Below, piece after piece: positions 19,257 through 30,500 of a stretch of 64,000 nt of DNA. A model generated the notes under the pieces. That model saw only the letters and a list, made by a program, of their open reading frames with translations, was not told the origin of the DNA and searched no databases. This DNA is from an uncultured delta proteobacterium (GTDB taxonomy: Bacteria > Myxococcota_A > Polyangia > Fen-1088): the NCBI GenBank assembly GCA_963767925.1, contig CAVYGB010000010.1:1504001-1568000 (forward strand), given 5' to 3'. A program made the position numbers and the translations under genes. How positions within the stretch are numbered: position 1 is the first letter of the stretch; every line of letters starts with the position of its first letter.

Positions 19257-20546
19257 ATGGGGGGCGTGACACCCTCGAGCGCGCACCGCGCGATCAACGC
19301 GGTCTGGAGGATCGAATCGCCCCGGCTCATCGCCGGCCTGGCCCGCATCGTGCGCGACGTCGGCCTGGCCGAGGAGCTGGCCCAGGACGCGCTGGTCACC
19401 GCGCTCGAGAAGTGGCCCGAGGCGGGGGTCCCGGAAAATCCCGGCGCCTGGTTGATGGCCACCGCCAAGCACCGAGCCATCGATCAGTTTCGGCGCAACA
19501 AGCTGCTCGACCGCAAACACGAGGAGATCGGGCAGGACCTGGAGTCCAGCCAGGGCGACGTGGTGACCGAGCTGGAGGAGGCCCTCGACGACGACGTGGG
19601 GGACGACCTGCTGCGGCTGGTGTTCACCTCCTGCCACCCCATCTTGCCCCGCGAGTCGCGGGTGGCGCTCACCTTGCGCCTGCTGGGGGGCCTCACCACC
19701 GAGGAGATCGCCCGCGCCTTCCTGGTCTCCGAGCCGACCGTGGCCCAGCGGATCGTGCGGGCCAAGCGGGCGCTGGCCGACGCGGCCGTGCCCTACGAGG
19801 TGCCCCGCGGCGCCGAGCTGGCCGCCCGGCTGTCCTCGGTGCTCGAGGTGGTCTACCTCGTGTTCAACGAGGGCTACTCGGCCACCGCGGGCGATGACTG
19901 GATCCGCCCGGGCCTGTGCGAGGAGGCCATGCGCCTGGGACGCATCCTGGCCGCGCTGTCGCCCGGAGAGCGGGAGGTGCAGGGCCTGCTGGCCCTCATG
20001 GAGCTGCAGGCCTCCCGCCTGGGGGCCCGCACCAGCGCCAAGGGTGAGCCCATCTTGCTGCTCGACCAGAACCGGGGTCGCTGGGACCACGTGCTCATCC
20101 GCCGGGGCCTGGCCGCCCTCGAGCGGGCGGAGCGCGGCGGCGGCCCGCGCGGCCCCTACGCCCTGCAGGCGGCCATCGCCGCCTGCCACGCCCGGGCCCG
20201 CGCCGCCGACCAGACCGACTGGATGCGGATCGCGACGCTGTACCAGGAGCTGGCCCAGGTGGTGCCGTCGGCGGTCGTCGAGCTGAACCGGGCGGTGGCG
20301 GTGGCGATGGCCTTCGGCCCGGCCGCCGGCCTGGCCATCGTCGACACGCTGGTCGACGAGCCCACCTTGCAGGCCTACCACCTGCTGCCGGGGGTGCGGG
20401 GCGACCTCCTGGCCAAGCTGGGGCGCAACCAGGAGGCGCGGGTCGAGCTCGAGCGCGCGGCCGCCCTCACCCGCAACACCCGCGAGCGCGACCTGCTGCG
20501 CGAGCGGGCGGCCGGCCTGGCCACCGCCGCCGAAAAAAGCCGCTGA
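19257..20546 (+). CDS. ECF sigma-70 factor with long TPR-like C-terminal extension (ECF42-like)
   Basis: LAEELAQDA...PENPGAWL, LRLVFTSCHP, IARAFLVSEPTVAQRIVRAK, LLDQNR, GPYALQAAIAACH. Confidence 0.9.
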   Translation: MGGVTPSSAHRAINAVWRIESPRLIAGLARIVRDVGLAEELAQDALVTALEKWPEAGVPENPGAWLMATAKHRAIDQFRRNKLLDRKHEEIGQDLESSQGDVVTELEEALDDDVGDDLLRLVFTSCHPILPRESRVALTLRLLGGLTTEEIARAFLVSEPTVAQRIVRAKRALADAAVPYEVPRGAELAARLSSVLEVVYLVFNEGYSATAGDDWIRPGLCEEAMRLGRILAALSPGEREVQGLLALMELQASRLGARTSAKGEPILLLDQNRGRWDHVLIRRGLAALERAERGGGPRGPYALQAAIAACHARARAADQTDWMRIATLYQELAQVVPSAVVELNRAVAVAMAFGPAAGLAIVDTLVDEPTLQAYHLLPGVRGDLLAKLGRNQEARVELERAAALTRNTRERDLLRERAAGLATAAEKSR

Positions 20547-20620
20547 CGCCGCCGACGACGCGACCCTCACGGCCGGCGCGCCCGGGGGGCGCGCCGGCCG
20601 GGGTGGACCGGAGCGAGCGG

Positions 20621-22154
20621 CTACAACACGCGCAGGAAGGCCAGCAGATCGCTCTTTTCCCCCGCGTTCAGGCGCAGCCCGAGCACGAGGTTGAAGAACT
20701 CGACCGTGTCCTCCAGCGTGAGCAGCCGGTCGTCGTGGAAGTAGGGCGGCGACTCCTTGATCCCGCGCAGGGGGAAGGTCTTGATCGGCCCGTCGGGCTT
20801 GGTCTGGTTGCCGTTGATCATCCGGTGGGAGAAGAAGCGATCCACCCGCAGGTCGTGCATCTCGTTGTCGGTATAGAAGGGCGCCGGGTGGCACTCGGCG
20901 CAGCGGCCCTTGCCCGAGAAGATCGCCTCACCCCGCACCTCCGCAGCGGTGGCCAGCGCCGGGTCGAGCCGGCCGTACAGGTCCAGCTTCGGCGCCGGGG
21001 GGAAGTCGAACAGCTCCTGCATCTCGGCCATGGGGTGCACCTGGGCCCCCCGGTCGAGGAGGTTGACCCCCTTCTTCTGGGCCGAGACCGGGTCGCCGTC
21101 GAAGTAGGCCGCCCGCTGCTCGAACTCGGTGAAGTCCTCGATGCTGCGCAGGGCCCGCTGCGAGCCGAACAGCCGCTGGATGCGCACCCCCCGCAGCGAG
21201 GGGGTGTCGATGCGGTTGCGCATCTCGCCGCGGCCGGATGTCCCCCACCAGGTGGGTGGCGGCGTTGGTGTGCCCGTTGATGTGGCAGTCGAAGCAGGAC
21301 ACGCCCAGGGCCGGGCGCAGCGCGCGCCGGTCGTCGGTGAGGTTGAACTGCTGCTGGGCGAAGGGGGAGACCAGCAGGCGCAGGCCGTCGAGCTGCTTGG
21401 GGTTGAGGATCGCCTTGAACAGCTCGAAGAAGTTGTCGGTGGTGACGAGCTGCCCGTCCGAGACGTCGCCCAGATCCGGGCGGGTGGTCAGGAAGATGGC
21501 CGGCGGGAACTCCGGCAGGAAGTGCTCGGGCAGGTCGAAGTCCAGGTCGAAGCGCTCGAGGTCGCGCCCGGTCTGCCGCTTCAGGTCCTCGATGGTTGTG
21601 CGAGGAAAGGTCATGCCCCCCTCGGTGTGGTTGGGGTGGGGCAGCGGCAGAAAGCCCAGGGGGAAGAGGTCGCCGGCCTTTATCGCCTCGGGGGTCAGCG
21701 CGCCGAGGTCGTCGAAGGTCACCCCGGCGGGCAGCCGCACCCGCACCCCCTCCTGCACGGACTTGCCGCGGGTCATCTCCAGATCCGACGGCCGATCGGC
21801 CAGGTCGTAGCGCGCCTGCAGCAGCGCCTGCTGGCGCATGGCCGCGATGGGACGGACCTCCTGCCCCTTGCGCAGCAGGGCCGCGAAGTCGAAGTGCTGG
21901 TCGCCGGGCAGCGGACCGGGGGCCACGCCGGGGGGCCTGTCCGAGGGGGGCGGCGGCCCCCGATCGGGCACCGGCGCGTCCGGGTCGGGCAGCGTCGAGG
22001 CCGAGCCGATGGCCGATCCGGTGATCGGCTGCTCCGCCTCGCTGCAGGCGGCGGCCAGCCCGACGAGCGGGACGAGCCAGCGGGCGGGACGGACAGCGGG
22101 GGGGCGGGCGGGGGGGCGGGCGGAACCAGGACAGGATCGTGACTCGCGGAGCAT
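20621..22154 (-). pseudogene. Di-heme cytochrome c peroxidase-like lipoprotein with a single frameshift near 21230
   Basis: CFDCH in the 20928-22154 ORF and CAECH/SPPYFHD in the 20621-21223 ORF; the frames join at DIRP/MRNRIDTP; could be an assembly error. Confidence 0.8.
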
Positions 22155-22358
22155 GGACGGTCCTCCTTGCGCCAGGGGAAGCGGGCGCCGAAGGAAGGTA
22201 AGCTCGGCGGTTCGATCGACGACCGGGGCGTCTACCGAGCGCGCACGTATACAGTCCGCAAGGGAGGTGGTCGCCCGACCCGGCCCTGAGGCGAGCGCGG
22301 CTGCGCGATCGTCTCCCGACCGTCGCGCGGCTGCGGCCGACTCGCGGCTATGCCGCGA

Positions 22359-23351
22359 CTATCGGGCGCCGCACAGGAGGTTTCCCTGACAGACCTGGCC
22401 GGCGGGACACTCCTGGTCGCTCTCGCACGAGACCTGACCGGGGATCACGATCGGCCGCGTCACCTCCGAGCGGAGGCTCAGCTTCACCCGGCCGGCGGGC
22501 AGCGCGGTCGCGGTCTGCGAGGAGCGGGCCAGCACCACCGAGGGAAACCCGGCCGTCCCCAGGGCGACGAGCTGGCCGAGCAGGCCCGCCGGCAGGGTCA
22601 GCGATCCGGAGTCGGGCACGTCGCAGTCGAGCTTGCCCTTGGTCCCGCCATGGACGCTGAGGTCGAGGATCACCTGGACGCGGGTCTCCTCACTGGCGGC
22701 CGGCGGGGTCCAGCGCAGCTCGACCGCCTTGCCCGCCTCCACCGTCACCGGCGCCGGCGTCAGCACCTCGAGCGGGCTGATGCCCTTGCCCGCGAGGGCG
22801 AACGACCCAACTTCTCCGCCGCTGACCGACACCGCCACCGGCGCGCCCGGGGCGAAGGGGGGAAAGGCGAGGGTCAACCCGATCGGGAGCTGGTACTGCG
22901 AGGCGATGGCCTCGATCTCGATCGGCGCCGCCGTGCCCCCCTCGCCGCGCAGCCCCTCGATGCGGGCGGTGCCGGCGTTGCGCAGGGACGGCTCCGGCTG
23001 GCAGACGCCGCCCTCCAGGCAGACGCCGGCGCCGCAGGGCGGATCGCAGAAGAAGGCCTGCGGCAAGAACAGGGCGCAACCACCCGCCTCGCCGGTCTTG
23101 CGCCACTGGGTGCGCGATACGAAGGGGCCGTCGTACACGCCCCCCTGCACGGCGGTGTGGGCCGGTCCGGTCGGCGTCGCCGCCTCGAGGCGGATCTCGA
23201 AGCCGCCGATGTCGCGGCCCGGATCGCCGGTGACCGTCGGTCCGGGCGGGGCGCCACCGCTCGCCTCCTCCCGGGAGCAAGCCCCGGCCAGCACGAGCCC
23301 GGCGGCGGCACAGACCTCGAACACGACGCGGACCCGAGTGGCAGATCGCAT
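22359..23351 (-). CDS. Hypothetical Cys-containing lipoprotein
   Basis: LAGAC lipobox; C-terminal CESDQECPAGQVC motif. Confidence 0.75.
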   Translation of the reverse strand: MRSATRVRVVFEVCAAAGLVLAGACSREEASGGAPPGPTVTGDPGRDIGGFEIRLEAATPTGPAHTAVQGGVYDGPFVSRTQWRKTGEAGGCALFLPQAFFCDPPCGAGVCLEGGVCQPEPSLRNAGTARIEGLRGEGGTAAPIEIEAIASQYQLPIGLTLAFPPFAPGAPVAVSVSGGEVGSFALAGKGISPLEVLTPAPVTVEAGKAVELRWTPPAASEETRVQVILDLSVHGGTKGKLDCDVPDSGSLTLPAGLLGQLVALGTAGFPSVVLARSSQTATALPAGRVKLSLRSEVTRPIVIPGQVSCESDQECPAGQVCQGNLLCGAR

Positions 23352-23411
23352 GGCGTCCTGCTCTCTTATCGCTTTTCGAGGTCGGTTAGAAGGCCGCCCT
23401 GATAAACCTGG

Positions 23412-25241
23412 GTGGTGTCGATCCTGCTCAGCGCGTCCGGGCTGACCCACAGCTTCGGGGCGAGGCCCCTGTTCGAAGACGTCGGATTCACCTTGTCCGA
23501 GGGGGATCGCGTCGGGCTGATCGGCCCCAACGGCGCCGGCAAGTCCACCGTGCTGAAGATCCTGGCTGGCGTGCAGTCCCCCGACGGGGGCAACGTCGCC
23601 CGCCGGGGCGGGCTGCGGGTCGGTTACCTGCCCCAGACGCCCGAGCTGCCACCCGGCGCCACGGTGCGCGAGGCGCTGCGCTCCGCGCTGGCGCCGGCCG
23701 GCGGCGATTCGGACTGGGAGCAGGAGGCCCTGGTCGACGAGACCCTGTCGCGGCTGGACCTCACCGAGGCGGCCAGCGCCGACTCGCTGGTGGGCGAGCT
23801 GTCGGGCGGCTGGCAAAAGCGGATCGCCCTCCAGCGCGTGCTGATGGCGGCCCCCGATCTGCTGTTGCTCGACGAGCCGACCAACCACCTCGACATCGAC
23901 AGCATCCTCCGGCTGGAGACGGCGCTCGCCGGCGCCCGCTTCGCCGTCGTCCTCGTCACCCACGACCGGGCCTTCTTGCAGCGGGTGGCCAACCGCATCC
24001 TCGAGCTCGACCGGCGCAACGCCGGGGGCCTGCTCGACATCGCCGGCGACTACGCTACCTACACCGAGCGCAAGGTGGCGGTGATGGCCGCCCAGGAGCG
24101 GCGCGAGGAGGTCCTGCGCAACACCCTGCGCCGGGAGACCGAGTGGCTGCGCCGGGGGGCCGCCGCCCGCACCACCAAGCAGCAGGCCCGCATCCAGCGG
24201 GCGGGGGCCCTGTCCGAGGAGGTGGCCGAGCTGGGGGGCCGCAACCGGGACCGCAGCCTGGCCCTCGACTTCCAGGGGCAGGGGCAAAAGCCCAAGCGGC
24301 TCATCGAGGCCAAGGGCATCGGCCACCGCTACGGCGAGCGGACGGTGTTCGACAAGCTCGACCTCACCATCGCGCCGGGCACCCGCCTGGGGCTGCTGGG
24401 ACCCAACGGCTGCGGCAAGTCGACGCTGCTGCGCGTGCTGGTGGGCGACCAGGTGCCGAGCAGCGGGACCGTGTTCCGGGCCGAGGCGCTGCGGGTCGGC
24501 GCCTTCGAGCAGGACCGGGGCTCGCTCGATCCCACCCTCTCGGTGGCCGACACCGTCTGTCCCGACGGGGACTTCGTCGACTTCCGGGGCACCCGCCAGC
24601 ACCGCTTCGGCTACCTCGAGCGCTTCCTGTTCGGCAACGAGCAGATGAACGTACCGGTCGGCCGGCTATCGGGCGGCGAGCAGGCGCGCCTGCTGGTGGC
24701 CCAGCTCATGTTGCGCCCGGCCCACGTGCTGGTGCTCGACGAGCCGACCAACGATCTCGACCTGCCCACCTTGACCGTGCTCGAAGAGGCGCTCACCAGC
24801 TTCGATGGCGCGGTCTTGCTCGTGTCGCACGACCGCTACTTCCTCGACCAGGTGGCCACCCGCATCCTCGCCTTTCACACCCGCCCCGACGAGCTCGGCC
24901 AGATCTCCAGCTTCAGCGGCCTCGATCAATGGGAGGCCTGGTACCCCGGCCAGACCGGCGGTCGGGAGCGGAGCGCGAGCGGCGGGGCCCGGGCCGACGC
25001 GGGAGGGGGGACCCGCAAGCGCAAGCTCGGTTTCCGCGAGCAGAGGGAGTGGGACAATATGGAGGGGCGGATTGGGGAGGCGGAGGCGCGGTTGCGGGCG
25101 CTGGAGGAGGAGAGCAGTCGCCCGGAGGTGGCGGTGGATGCGGGGAGGTTGATGGCGCTGATGACGGAGATGGAGACGGCGCGGGCGGAGGTGGATCGGC
25201 TGTATGCGCGGTGGGCGGAGCTGGAGGCGCTGGTGGGGTGA
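23412..25241 (+). CDS. uup: ABC-F family ATPase (Uup-like)
   Basis: Two ABC domains ([26 protein letters not shown]), ARTTKQQARI linker, C-terminal coiled coil ending YARWAELE. Confidence 0.9.
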   Translation: MVSILLSASGLTHSFGARPLFEDVGFTLSEGDRVGLIGPNGAGKSTVLKILAGVQSPDGGNVARRGGLRVGYLPQTPELPPGATVREALRSALAPAGGDSDWEQEALVDETLSRLDLTEAASADSLVGELSGGWQKRIALQRVLMAAPDLLLLDEPTNHLDIDSILRLETALAGARFAVVLVTHDRAFLQRVANRILELDRRNAGGLLDIAGDYATYTERKVAVMAAQERREEVLRNTLRRETEWLRRGAAARTTKQQARIQRAGALSEEVAELGGRNRDRSLALDFQGQGQKPKRLIEAKGIGHRYGERTVFDKLDLTIAPGTRLGLLGPNGCGKSTLLRVLVGDQVPSSGTVFRAEALRVGAFEQDRGSLDPTLSVADTVCPDGDFVDFRGTRQHRFGYLERFLFGNEQMNVPVGRLSGGEQARLLVAQLMLRPAHVLVLDEPTNDLDLPTLTVLEEALTSFDGAVLLVSHDRYFLDQVATRILAFHTRPDELGQISSFSGLDQWEAWYPGQTGGRERSASGGARADAGGGTRKRKLGFREQREWDNMEGRIGEAEARLRALEEESSRPEVAVDAGRLMALMTEMETARAEVDRLYARWAELEALVG

Positions 25242-25361
25242 GGGGGGGGCGGCGGCGGAGGCGGAGACGGAGAGGAGAGTGAGTCGGGGACCGGGACGGG
25301 CACGCATACGGGGACGGGGACGGAGACGCCGGGGGGGGCGATTGAGCTGTCTTGGCGAGGG

Positions 25362-26348
25362 TTAGAGCTCGCGGAGTTTGCGGGCTTCGGCCAGGAGGCG
25401 GCCGGGGATGACGGTCGAGACGTCGCCGTCGGACTTGGGCAGCAGGCGGTTGAGCTTGCTGAGCACGTGGCTCATGGTGTTGGGGAAGAGGCCCTGGAAG
25501 GCGCGCAGGACCCTGGCGGGCCAGCCCAGCACCAGCTCGGGGGTGCGCAGCTTGGCGGCCTTGACGATGCTTCGGGCAGCCCGACGGGCGTCCATGCTGG
25601 TCAGGCGGGCGGTGGCGGCCAGGCTGAACCAACCGAACTCGCTGTCCTGACGGCCCTTGAACATGGCGTTGGTGTACGAGCCCGTGCGCATCAGGCTGGG
25701 CACCACCGTCGTCACGCTGATCCCGTCCGGGGCCAGCTCGACGCGCAGGCCCTCGGAGAAGCCGCGGGCGGCGAACTTGGCCGAGTCGTAGGGCAGGAGG
25801 TGGGGCACCGCCACGCTGCCGCCGATGGAGGTGATGTTGACGATGCGCCCGCCCGGGCCCTGATCTTTCATCTCCCGGACGGCCGCCAGGCTGGTGTGGA
25901 CCACGCCCCAGAAGTTGACCGCCATGGCGTGCTGGAAGTCGACGATGTTCATGGCCTCGGCGGGGCCCACCTGGATCACCCCCGCGTTGTTGACCAGGAT
26001 GTCGAGCCGCCCGAAGCGCGCCACAACCGCCGCCACCAGCGCCTCGACCTGGCTCCGATCGCTCACGTCGCAGACGGTGGTGAAGACCTCGTGGCCGAAG
26101 TTGGCGAGGTTGAGACGGGCCCGCTCGAGATCGCCCGGATCGCGCGCGCAGATCGCGACCTGACACCCCTCGGCGGCGAGCTCGCGCGCCAGCAACATGC
26201 CCAGCCCCCGCGAGCCGCCGGTCACCAGCGCGACCTGCCCGCGCAGGTTGGTCCGGCGCGCGCGCCACTCCTTCCACAGCAGGTAGCCGGCCCCGGCCGC
26301 CGCCACCGCCGCCAGCCATCCGCCTCGTCTCGAGCTTTTTCGCACCAT
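25362..26348 (-). CDS. SDR family oxidoreductase
   Basis: TGGSRGLG, NNAG, YDSAK (YxxxK); GGAGG RBS. Confidence 0.93.
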   Translation of the reverse strand: MVRKSSRRGGWLAAVAAAGAGYLLWKEWRARRTNLRGQVALVTGGSRGLGMLLARELAAEGCQVAICARDPGDLERARLNLANFGHEVFTTVCDVSDRSQVEALVAAVVARFGRLDILVNNAGVIQVGPAEAMNIVDFQHAMAVNFWGVVHTSLAAVREMKDQGPGGRIVNITSIGGSVAVPHLLPYDSAKFAARGFSEGLRVELAPDGISVTTVVPSLMRTGSYTNAMFKGRQDSEFGWFSLAATARLTSMDARRAARSIVKAAKLRTPELVLGWPARVLRAFQGLFPNTMSHVLSKLNRLLPKSDGDVSTVIPGRLLAEARKLREL

Positions 26349-26365
26349 GCCTCCTCCAGCAGGCA

Positions 26366-26394
26366 AGATGGGACCGCAAGCCCGAAGTTCAACC
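26366..26394 (-). promoter_or_regulatory. Putative sigma32-like/stress promoter GGTTGA-N16-CCCATCT
   Basis: Directly upstream of the SDR RBS; shares the motif with 840-869. Confidence 0.4.
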
Positions 26395-26529
26395 CCACCC
26401 CCGGGGGCGTGCACCCGGGATGACACACGCTCGATCGCGGGACCCCTCCGGCGTGAGCGGGTCGAGCCGTCGGCGCTGCTAGGGACTGTTTTCGAAGTAG
26501 TCGGGTCCCCTCGCTTCGCTCGGGCCCGA

Positions 26530-26880
26530 CTAGTAAGTCTTCGCCCGCTGCTTCCAGAGGGGCTCGCGCTGGGGCGGGCCGGGCTCGGGGGGCAGGTAGA
26601 CCGGGAGCGACGCCGTCGAGGGGGCCGCCTCGGCCGCCTCCGTCGCGGCCGGGGCCGGGCGAGTAGCCACCTTGGCCGGGGCGGCCGGGCCGCCGGGATC
26701 GGACTGCAGGGGCTCCTGCCCGCGTCGCGCCGCCGCGGCCTGCCCACCCGCCGACGGGGCCACCGCCGCCGCCGACCGGTGGTTCATCGGCTGCGGCGCC
26801 ACGACCGTCTTGCGGCAGCCGGCGGCCGCCGCCAGCACGCCCACCAGCGCCACGGTACCCATCTTCGTCGACCACCTCAT
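26530..26880 (-). CDS. Small hypothetical lipoprotein downstream of pilX
   Basis: LAAAAGC lipobox; GGAGG RBS; Ala/Pro-rich. Confidence 0.65.
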   Translation of the reverse strand: MRWSTKMGTVALVGVLAAAAGCRKTVVAPQPMNHRSAAAVAPSAGGQAAAARRGQEPLQSDPGGPAAPAKVATRPAPAATEAAEAAPSTASLPVYLPPEPGPPQREPLWKQRAKTY

Positions 26881-26891
26881 GAGCAACCTCC

Positions 26892-27581
26892 TCACGGCGA
26901 CGCCCGGCTGCAGTGCAGGGTGTTGGAGTTGGCGTCGTCGATGTTCTTGCCAGTGTCCGCGCATTCGACCTCCACGAAGGTGTCGGGGGCCACCCCCCGC
27001 GGGAAGAACGTCAGCTCGACGGTGGCGTTGTTGCGCCCGTCGGGGGCCACGCAGCGCGAGCGGATGACGACCGCCCCGTTCGTGTCGGTGAGGAAGTTGC
27101 CCCGCCGGATGTCGGCGGTGTCGTTCCGGACCCACACCGTGTAGTTGCCCATCTGCAGGGCGGTGTTCTCCCCGGTGCGCCCGAAGGAGGAGGGCGGGTA
27201 GCCGATCTCGACCAGCGGACCGGTGCCGTCGTTGAGCACCGACCCCACCCCGACGGGCTGCCCCTTGGCGTCCAGGGTCTCGGGCACGTCGTCGACGCCC
27301 ACCCCCCGCGAGGGCAGGAGGCGGGACAGGAAGCCGTTGACGTCGTCGGCGGGGGCCAGGTTCAGGTAGGCCCGGGCCCGCTCGAGCCCGGCCTGGGCGC
27401 AATACAGGGCCTGCACCCGCAGGTTGATGTTCGAGGCGACGTTGATGTTGCCGCCGGTCATGCGCATCGAGAGCATCCCCACCGAGAGCAGGGTCATCAT
27501 GACCAGCAGCACCACCACCAGCACGGCGCCCCGCTCGCGGGGAGCCCGCCGCGCCTGGTGGCGATGACGGAGGGTACTCAT
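26892..27581 (-). CDS. pilX: Type IV minor pilin PilX-like
   Basis: ERG/AVLVVVLLVMMTL prepilin-like start lacking E5; QALYCAQAGLERA; overlaps the pilY1 stop. Confidence 0.85.
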   Translation of the reverse strand: MSTLRHRHQARRAPRERGAVLVVVLLVMMTLLSVGMLSMRMTGGNINVASNINLRVQALYCAQAGLERARAYLNLAPADDVNGFLSRLLPSRGVGVDDVPETLDAKGQPVGVGSVLNDGTGPLVEIGYPPSSFGRTGENTALQMGNYTVWVRNDTADIRRGNFLTDTNGAVVIRSRCVAPDGRNNATVELTFFPRGVAPDTFVEVECADTGKNIDDANSNTLHCSRASP

Positions 27582-30500
27582 GGAACCTCGCTCCAGCCGC
27601 CCATCTGAAAGATGTCGCCGTCGACGTGGCCGGAGGGCTTGGCCCGCACGACGTTGGTGGTGACGCTGCCGTCGATGACCACCGGCCCCTTCGAGGAGGA
27701 GACCATCAGCTTGCCGCCGACCACCACCGGGCTGAGCACCGGCTCGTCGGCCACCTTGACCGCCTGCTTGAGGCGGGGCTCGGCGCCCGAGAACTCGTGC
27801 ACCATGATGTAAGTGGTCCCCTTGCCGCAGCCGTTGGTGGCCGGGGTGTACCAGTTCGACATCACGAAGAACCCGGTTCCGTCCGACTTCGTGACGGCGG
27901 TGGGGGTGCTGAGCGGGCGGGTGTTGGCCGGCAGGGGGGTGAGGCAGGTCTGGCCGGTGGCGTCGGTGACGCCGCACATGAGGGCGGTGTTGTCGGTCGA
28001 CAGCACCACGAAGCCGTCGTCGCCGAAGGTGGTGTCCAGGCGGGGCCGACCCGAGGAGTTGCTCTCCTTGAGGACGATCATCTTCGAGGGCCCGTAGCCG
28101 ATGGTGTCGTCGTCGAGGGCGGAGTTCGTCACCTGGACCAGGTAGGCGTCGCCGCCCTGGGGGTTGTTGGGGTTGTCGGCGTCGAGCTGCACCACCGTGG
28201 GGGAGAAGTAGATGGGCTGCTGGCAGCCCAGGTCGGTGATGAGCTCGGAGTCGGGGCCGTAGCGCCACAGCTTGCCCCAGGTGTCACCCACGTAGGCGGT
28301 GAGGAACTCCTTGCGGCCGTCCATCAGGCCGTCGCTGTTCTTGAACTGCTTGCGGCTGGTGGCCACGTCGGCGATGAGGGTGTACTCCTGCGGGCAGGAG
28401 CCGCTGCCGGGCAGCACCTCCTCGTCCATGACCGCCCCCGTGCGCACCGAGACCGAGAGGAAGGTGCGCCCCTGGGTGGTCGAGTTCTTGTCCACCGGGT
28501 AGCCGGAGGCGAGCAGCAGGCGGTAGTCGTCCTGGCCGTCGGTGCGGTGGAAGGTGAAGGCCGGCACCGACACGGTGAGCCCGAGGGCCCGGTCGTAGGC
28601 GGCGGGCCAGCCCTGGGCGATGGACGACCAGTAGATCTTGGGGGTCAACGTGGGGGTGGTCACGTCGAGCATGAACACCTCGTTGCCACCCCAGCCCTGG
28701 GTCACGACCAGCAGCGTCTTCCAGACCGCGTCGGTGTCGTTGTCGCAGTTGCTCACGCAGAGGTTCTTGATCTTCGGGGAGTTGGCCAGACCGCCATAGA
28801 TGTGCTTCTTGGGGTCGGCGAGCTGACCGCCCTGGGCGAACAGCTTGGTCACCATCGACATCATGTTGGGGGGCAGGAAGGCGAAGGCCTCGGTGCCGCC
28901 CTCGTAGGTCGTGCCGCTGACGGTGACCGTGCGGGTGTAAAAGGCGTGCAACATGCCGTCGTTGGAGCCCACGTAGGTGATGTTGGGCCGCTCCTTCTGG
29001 GCGAGGTTGAACTTGCTCTGACCGGGCAAGGGCCCGGTGATGGGCGGCCCCACGTCGATGGGGGTCGAGTTGATGATGGCCCCCAGCACGGCCGGGTTCT
29101 TGAGGGCGGGATCCCCCAGCATCCAGCGGGCGATGCGCTCGGCCTCCTCGGCGCTGCCGCCCAGGCCCATCTGGTACAAGACGTCCCGGTTGCGGATGGC
29201 CCCCGTGCTCTGGTCGACGTCGATGCGGATCATCGTGTTGTCGGGGGCGGCGGTGTAGATCCTGCGCTTCTTCCAGTCGCCCGCCTCCAGCTTGGTGGCG
29301 GCGTCCCACTTGAGCACCGGGCTGATGCCGCTCACGTCGTAGGCGATGAGGTGGCCGCGCCAGGAGGGGAAGTCGACGCGGGAGTCGAGCACGTAGCTGC
29401 CGCTGGCGTAGGTGGTCCCCTGCTGCGACCCCTGCGAGGCGGTCGACGGCGAGGTGGCGTAGCTGCCCTCGACCGCCGAGTAGATGGCGTCCTGGATGGC
29501 CTGGGTGAGGGCCTTCTCGCTGGTGGCGGCGTAGGCGTAGGGCGACTTGTCGTCGTTGCCCACGTCGGTGCCGCCCGCCTTGGCGATGTTGTCGTTGGCC
29601 TTGAAGCCCGAGCCGGCGGCGGCGTCGGTGGCGAAGCCGACCACCAGGGTCTTGACCCCCAGGTTCTTGCGCATGCTGTAGGCCGCCAGGACCGCCCGGC
29701 ACCCGCAGCCGGCGGCCACCGGATCGGCGTTGGCGCAGGCGGTGCTGCCGCAGTTCGTGTCGCCGGGGCCGTTGGCCTCACCGTCGGTGACCAGCAGGAC
29801 GAAGTTCAGCCGGCATTGCAGGCTGTCGGCCGCCTTGACGTCTTGCATGTAGTGGTAGGCGCTGTGGTTCTTGTCGGGGGAGTTCGGGTTGAGCAGCGAG
29901 CAGCCGGTCGGCGTGCCGTTGTAGGTGACGAGGCCGCCACCGTCGGCCGGCTCGAGCGCCTGGTTGAAGGCCGTGATGGTGGCGTTGAGGTTGGCCGGGG
30001 TGTCATTGGTGGTCAGGAAGGGGGCCAGCCGCGTGTCCCAGGTGCCGCCACAGCTCGCGCTGCAGCTCGAGCTGCAGCTCGCCGTCGTGATGGGCGGCGT
30101 GGTGGTGGTGCCGCTGGGGGGGTTGTAGTAGTCGGGGCGCGAGTCGTAGTAGCGATAGATGTTGCCGCTCTCGGTGAACACCTTGCCCCGGTAGGTGCTG
30201 AAACGGGTGAGCTCGTTCTTGGTCCCCGTGATGTCGGTGTACTGGTAGTAGGCCCCCTTGAAGACGCCCGTGCCAAAGCCGGAGATGTTGCAGAACGGGC
30301 CGCAGAAGGCGGCGTCGACGTATTTGTCCGTCGTGCTGCCGTGGCCCTGGACGAGGTACTGGGCGTTGAGCGTCGAGCGGAGGGCCAGGGTCTGGCCGTT
30401 GAGGGTGCAGGTGCTGGCCAGCCCGCTCGTGCCGGCGTTCTTGTCGTAGCAATCGCGGGCATCGAGCGTGCCCTCGGGCACGAGGACCGACTTGGTCGTG

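Noticed and set aside
22180..22340. GCCGAAGGA resembling a glycine riboswitch, and GGTTCGA resembling a tRNA T-loop
   Set aside because: The other conserved riboswitch elements and a cloverleaf are absent, and the orientation does not fit the neighbouring gene.
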